Assembly (NCBI GenBank): GCA_963727835.1
Contig: CAVSIB010000059.1
Coordinates: 7,102-71,101 of the forward strand
Reading direction: 5' to 3'
DNA from: an uncultured delta proteobacterium
Lineage (GTDB): Bacteria; Desulfobacterota; WTBG01; JAGOGO01
Length of the DNA stretch: 64,000 nt
The notes beneath the pieces are model-generated. The model saw nothing but the letters and a program-made list of their open reading frames with translations. It searched no databases and was not told the origin of the DNA. The first letter of the stretch is position 1; every line of letters begins with the position of its first letter. Position numbers and translations under genes: made by a program. This document shows positions 59,696 to 64,000 of this stretch, one piece after another.

Positions 59696-60049
59696 TTACT
59701 CTCCTAATATCTTTTTCACTGCTGCCTTAAGATTCGCGAGATTCGAGGATTTTACCACATAGGCATCTGATGCCCAGGTCGCTAAATTTTGTTGATACTC
59801 GGGATAAGCGCTGGAAAGGATAACCGGCAAATCCCGAAACATAGTGCGGATCTGCTGAAGAATGTCAAGACCATTTATATCGGGCATCTTAATATCCAAA
59901 ATAACAAGATCAGGGAGGAATGTGTTCAGTAATTCAAGTGTTTCTTTGCCATTGGCAGCAACCTTCACCTCATATCCTTCCTCTTCCAACTCTTCTTTAT
60001 ATAAAATCCTGATGCCTTCTTCGTCATCAGCAACTAAAATTTTCCTCAT
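59696..60049 (-). CDS. Single-domain response regulator (CheY-like receiver)
   Basis: 117 aa. ILVADDE, phospho-acceptor context LVILDIKMP, and a conserved Lys region (VVKS). Confidence 0.9.
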   Translation of the reverse strand: MRKILVADDEEGIRILYKEELEEEGYEVKVAANGKETLELLNTFLPDLVILDIKMPDINGLDILQQIRTMFRDLPVILSSAYPEYQQNLATWASDAYVVKSSNLANLKAAVKKILGE

Positions 60050-60067
60050 GGCGTTATTTCCTTTCTA

Positions 60068-61066
60068 TTATTTTATCTCCTTCAGAAACGTTGCTGCCTC
60101 CTCAGGAGGGGTTGGATTGATGTAAAACCCAGACCCGATTTCAAAGCCTGCGATTTTACTTAACGTGGGCATGATTTCAAAATGCCAATGGTAGTAATCA
60201 TTGATCAACTCATTAAACGGAGACGTATGGAGGGTGAAATTGTACGGCGGATCTTCCAGCGCCACTTCGATGCGGCTTAAAACATCTTTGAAAATACTTG
60301 CCAGCGAAATATATTCTGTCGGAGAAATATTGAGAAAAGAAGAAGAGTGTTTTTTGGGAAGAAGCCAAATTTCAAAAGGCGAACGGGAGGCATAGGGAGT
60401 GATTGCCAGAAAATCATCGTTTTCAACCACTATCCGGATTTTATCATCCAATTCTTGCTGCACAATATCGCAAAAAACGCAGCGGTCTTTATACTTATAA
60501 TAATTTTTGCTCCCTTCCATTTCTTCCATTACCAATTTGGGAATAATCGGTAAGGCAATGAGTTGTGAATGGCTATGCGCAAGGGAAGCTCCGGCTTCTA
60601 CCCCATGATTTTTAAAAATCAGAACATAACGAAACCGCTCGTCTTTTTTTAAATCCACAATGCGCTCCCGGTAAGCCCATAGCACGTCCTCAAAGGATTT
60701 AAGATCAAGCTGAGACAAGGAGCCACCATGGCGAGGAGTTTCAACAATAACTTCGTGGGCACCAATACCATTCATTTTATCGTACATCCCCTCCCCTTGT
60801 TTTTTCAAACTCCCCTCAATAACCAAAGCGGGAAATTTATTGGAGACTACCCGTAACGTCCATCCCGGGGTATCATGTTTACTTCCATCCCGTCGTAAAG
60901 CATAGACCTCAGGCGGAGTTTTGTCTTCATTCCCCGGGCAAAGCGGGCAAAATCCACCTGCTACCGCAGGCCTTTCGGTCATCTTAAAACTGCTAGGACG
61001 TTTTCCGCGTTCGGTTGAAATGATAACCCACCGACCAATAATAGGGTCTTTCCGAAGTTCAGGCAT
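60068..61066 (-). CDS. galT: Galactose-1-phosphate uridylyltransferase family protein (HIT superfamily)
   Basis: Zn-site CPLCPGNE, active-site HSHSQL, 332 aa with the duplicated HIT fold. Confidence 0.85.
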   Translation of the reverse strand: MPELRKDPIIGRWVIISTERGKRPSSFKMTERPAVAGGFCPLCPGNEDKTPPEVYALRRDGSKHDTPGWTLRVVSNKFPALVIEGSLKKQGEGMYDKMNGIGAHEVIVETPRHGGSLSQLDLKSFEDVLWAYRERIVDLKKDERFRYVLIFKNHGVEAGASLAHSHSQLIALPIIPKLVMEEMEGSKNYYKYKDRCVFCDIVQQELDDKIRIVVENDDFLAITPYASRSPFEIWLLPKKHSSSFLNISPTEYISLASIFKDVLSRIEVALEDPPYNFTLHTSPFNELINDYYHWHFEIMPTLSKIAGFEIGSGFYINPTPPEEAATFLKEIK

Positions 61067-61183
61067 AATGCAACCTCACCATAGACAAAAGATTTTAACA
61101 CCGTGGAGCACGACATCAACCCCTCATTCCTTCGATTTTTTTATTCCCCCATAAAGGCATGATAACTCTACTCCATATCATTC

Positions 61184-61933
61184 TTACAGACGATTTATCA
61201 AGCTTCCAACGAACCCCGCCCCAAAACCATTATCAATATTTACTACCGCAACTCCTGAGGCGCAGGAATTTAACATTCCCAACAGCGCTGCAATCCCTCC
61301 AAAATTAGCACCATAGCCAATACTCGTTGGGACCGCAATCACTGGTTTCGATACCAACCCCCCCACCACACTAGGCAATGCCCCTTCCATTCCTGCCACG
61401 ACAATAAAAACCCGTGCCTGGTTAAGCTTTTCCAGCTGATTAACCAAACGGTGAATACCTGCTACGCCAACATCGTAAAGGGTCTCCACGCGATTACCCA
61501 TTATTCGAGCCGTGATTACCGCTTCTTCCGCAACCGGGATATCAGAGGTCCCCGCACTGATCACCATGATAACCCCTTTACCTGCTATCGTGATTTCTTG
61601 AGGGGCAAACGTGAGCATTTTTGGAACGTTATGATAATGCATGGTTGGAATCGTTTTGATAATGTATTCAGCTTTTTCTTGATCCACTCGGGTTACAATA
61701 ATCGGGTGCTCCTTGTCCATCATTCGTTTAATGATCATGATGATCTGTTCCGCGGTCTTTTCCTTACCCCAGATGCACTCCGCAAACCCTTGCCGAAGAG
61801 ACCGATGGTGGTCAATAGTAACAAACCCCAGGTCCTCAAAAGGAAGATACCTGAGCTTCGTTATAGCATCGTCAATGCTCAACTTATTTGATTGAACACT
61901 CTCTAAAATGTTTTTAAGAAGCTTTTCATCCAT
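61184..61933 (-). CDS. larB: Nickel-pincer cofactor biosynthesis protein LarB (PurE-like carboxylase/hydrolase)
   Basis: 249 aa. N-terminal LRYLPFEDLGFVTIDHHRSLRQGFAECIWG, then the PurE-fold VISAGTSDIPVAEEA...VVAGMEGALPSVVGG. Confidence 0.85.
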   Translation of the reverse strand: MDEKLLKNILESVQSNKLSIDDAITKLRYLPFEDLGFVTIDHHRSLRQGFAECIWGKEKTAEQIIMIIKRMMDKEHPIIVTRVDQEKAEYIIKTIPTMHYHNVPKMLTFAPQEITIAGKGVIMVISAGTSDIPVAEEAVITARIMGNRVETLYDVGVAGIHRLVNQLEKLNQARVFIVVAGMEGALPSVVGGLVSKPVIAVPTSIGYGANFGGIAALLGMLNSCASGVAVVNIDNGFGAGFVGSLINRL

Positions 61934-62004
61934 GCATCTGTTTCCAAAAATGAAAGAAAAAATGAATCACTGTCACCTCTATCCCTCACACCGCCTCTAT
62001 CCGC

Positions 62005-63012
62005 TTATCCGGTCTTGAAGTGGTCATATCCCCGTGGCTCGGCTTTCTTACTTCTTCCTTGTTTATCCTTGAGCCAAATCCCTTCAATCTCACCAGCGAG
62101 TCTACCAATACACGTAAGAGAAATAGAAAGTTCCTGACTGAGCTGAGCCACCTGGTTGCTTTTTTCCGGGGAAACACTGAAAAGAAGCTCATAATCTTCT
62201 CCACCTCCTAATGCCAAGGCAAGCGGATCCGATACATATTCTTGTGCCCAGATCTGAAACTCAGGTGAACGGGGTACACCAGACAACTCCACCTCCGCTC
62301 CCACACCGCTTTGTTCCACGATATGATTTAAATCGGCCAACAAACCATCACTGATATCAATCATCGCATTGGGTATCCCTCGTTCCGCCAAGACCTGGCC
62401 CTCTTTAATCCGGGGAAGAGGCGAAAAATGTCGCGCCAGGAGGCTCTCTTTACCTGTTCTGCTTCCTCCTTGTTCGGATATCTTAAAACCCAGCGCCGCG
62501 TCTCCGAGCCAACCCGTCACATAGAGTAAATCTCCATCCTTTCCCCCGCTTCGATAAATCACCTTCCCTTTCGATGCTTTTCCCAACAATGCCAGTGAAA
62601 TAAAAAATCGCTCTCCGCTTTCCGAGGTATCACCACCAATGAGATCTACCCCCATCCTTTTCCCGAAACTGGTTATCCCCTCATAAAAAGCATCTAAAAA
62701 ATCCAAAGAAACCCGTTTGCTCGGTATTCCGAGGCTTACAGTATAGCCAATCGGATATCCTCCCATTGCCGCAATGTCACTCAGGTTGACAGCCAAGGCC
62801 TTCGCACCCAGCTTCTTTCCCTCGGGTTCATCAATGCGAAAATGGAAACCCTCAATCAATTGGTCAGCAGTCAAAAGGATAACCACATCGTCAGAAAAGG
62901 AAATGACCGCAGCATCATCACCAATGCCTTTAAGAATATAAGAAAGCTGGCTAGGGTAGTGTCGGGCAATCCGGTTAATAAAACCAAATTCCCCCAGGTC
63001 AGAAAATTTCAT
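62005..63012 (-). CDS. thiL: Thiamine-monophosphate kinase
   Basis: GEFGFINRI...GIGDDAAVI...DQLIEGFHF...GGDTS...ISDGL match ThiL (335 aa). Confidence 0.93.
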   Translation of the reverse strand: MKFSDLGEFGFINRIARHYPSQLSYILKGIGDDAAVISFSDDVVILLTADQLIEGFHFRIDEPEGKKLGAKALAVNLSDIAAMGGYPIGYTVSLGIPSKRVSLDFLDAFYEGITSFGKRMGVDLIGGDTSESGERFFISLALLGKASKGKVIYRSGGKDGDLLYVTGWLGDAALGFKISEQGGSRTGKESLLARHFSPLPRIKEGQVLAERGIPNAMIDISDGLLADLNHIVEQSGVGAEVELSGVPRSPEFQIWAQEYVSDPLALALGGGEDYELLFSVSPEKSNQVAQLSQELSISLTCIGRLAGEIEGIWLKDKQGRSKKAEPRGYDHFKTG

Positions 63013-63131
63013 GCTCGCTTTTGAATCATCTTTTTTGCAGGTTAATCTTTTGACGCATTTAAATAAAATGTCTGTTTCCCCAACCGAGAGTAATAGTATG
63101 ATTGCCCGGGGTTATCAAGCTTGGGGAAAGT

Positions 63132-63146
63132 CAACAACAACAACAA
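63132..63146. repeat. Trinucleotide repeat (CAA) x5
   Basis: caacaacaacaacaa lies immediately downstream of the acpS stop, next to a 9-bp inverted repeat: TTTCCCCAA (63075-63083) and TTGGGGAAA (63121-63129). Confidence 0.9.
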
Positions 63147-63150
63147 ATTA

Positions 63151-63519
63151 TTAAGTAATTATCTGGGTTACGGCAACCGCATAAGTCTTGCAGTGGGACA
63201 AGGAAATCTTGATCATTTTTATGCCGTGCTTTTGGCTGAATGTATATGCTTGATTATGCAAATAAACCTCCGGCTTTCCTGAACGAGCGTTAATGATTTC
63301 CAGGTCTCTAAACCTGATAATCTCTCTCTCTTCGTTGCCCAAGGCCTTCAGAATACTTTCCTTAGCCGCAAACCGGGCAGCATAGTGCTGAGCCGGATAT
63401 TTTTTGTGTTCACAATAGGAGATTTCCCGGTCAGTAAAGAACCGAGAGCGGAAGGTGGGGTATTTTTTAAGCAAATGATCAATCCGGTCTATTTCAATAA
63501 TATCGGTTCCAATATCCAT
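63151..63519 (-). CDS. acpS: Holo-[acyl-carrier-protein] synthase
   Basis: MDIGTDIIEIDRI...AARFAAKESILKALG...SLSH matches AcpS from the ATG at 63519. The ORF is open to a GTG at 63612 that overlaps the cooT stop (GTGA), so a longer form cannot be excluded. Confidence 0.88.
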   Translation of the reverse strand: MDIGTDIIEIDRIDHLLKKYPTFRSRFFTDREISYCEHKKYPAQHYAARFAAKESILKALGNEEREIIRFRDLEIINARSGKPEVYLHNQAYTFSQKHGIKMIKISLSHCKTYAVAVTQIIT

Positions 63520-63608
63520 TTTATTATCTCTTTTTAAAGTCCTTCGAAAAAAAACCCCCGGTAAACGATCTGGGGGCGACAAATCCTTAAAAACTAGAAA
63601 GGGTCCGG

Positions 63609-63800
63609 TCACGAATCTTCACGAAAAACAATCTTATTCTCGCGAAGAGAAAATTTTTTCAAAGAACCTTTAATTTTCTTCTCTTCACCAAAGATATTGA
63701 TTAATCGAAGCGTCCCATCCACCACCTCGATGACATCAACATTCTCCAGCAACAGTTCCTCTCCCTCTCCCCGTTCCAGAAACACATTGGTCTCACACAT
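63609..63800 (-). CDS. cooT: CooT family nickel-binding protein
   Basis: 63 aa starting MCE (Cys2). The pattern MCETNVFL..GEEELLLENVDVIEVVDGTLRLINIFGEEKKIKG is typical of CooT-like small beta proteins. Confidence 0.75.
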   Translation of the reverse strand: MCETNVFLERGEGEELLLENVDVIEVVDGTLRLINIFGEEKKIKGSLKKFSLRENKIVFREDS

Positions 63801-64000
63801 TTTCTTTTCCTTTTTGGATTACACAATACCATTATATTAAAATTAGCAGGTTTGTGTTAAAAGTCAAGGTATTTGGTTGTAAAAGGGGAGGCAATATTTT
63901 TTAATTTCAGCTCGGATCAAGCTCCTTCCTTAACCTGTAAAACAAAACGGAAAAATATCATCTTTTCCTTGCCCTTATTGTAAAAGATAGCGAGCGATCA

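Overview
This is a chromosomal, mostly housekeeping segment from an anaerobic diderm bacterium. LptE, MurJ and a lytic transglycosylase support the diderm call. The Hdr/Flx genes, the lactate genes and the PxxKW protein suggest a sulfate-reducer-like or Nitrospirota/Desulfobacterota-like lineage, but that is inference only. I count about 65 protein-coding loci, one tRNA (anticodon CAT) and the RNase P RNA.

Landmarks in order:
- dppBC-like permeases
- rpsU-dnaG-rpoD
- tRNA and rnpB
- serS
- a 530-aa multipass membrane protein
- hisB-H-A-F
- an M48/LysM peptidase
- hdrCBA-mvhD-flxCBA
- ptsI, rsmI
- a Mur-ligase paralogue, mobA, dtd, an M23 peptidase
- bioB
- a short ThyA-like gene and a PAS protein
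- dnaA (no dnaN next to it), rarA
- iorA and a PflX-like radical SAM gene
- a GerMN protein and an EF-G paralogue
- larA-glcD-glcF plus a 4Fe-4S protein
- sixA, leuS-lptE-holA, rpsT, murJ
- a CheY-like receiver, galT, larB, thiL, acpS, cooT

I found no rRNA, CRISPR array, transposase, integrase, phage genes or recognisable defence system. I did not find a convincing novel multi-gene system.

Most notable observations:
1. A 176-bp MITE-like element sits just upstream of the hdr-flx operon. It has 21-bp terminal inverted repeats and a 7-bp target-site duplication.
2. Disrupted genes are unusually dense, at 9-10 of about 65 loci: hisH, ridA-like, tsaC, flxB, a DUF72 remnant, the PAS protein, iorA, DUF2284, larA and possibly DUF1330. 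Several lesions lie in homopolymer runs and could be assembly errors. Others (multiple lesions, in-frame stops, truncations) look like real decay.
3. Several compact repeats and palindromes lie in promoter regions.
4. A few small genes of unknown function are present (the PxxKW protein and the 88-, 121- and 161-aa ORFs).

All calls come from reading the ORF translations and DNA by eye. No searches were run.
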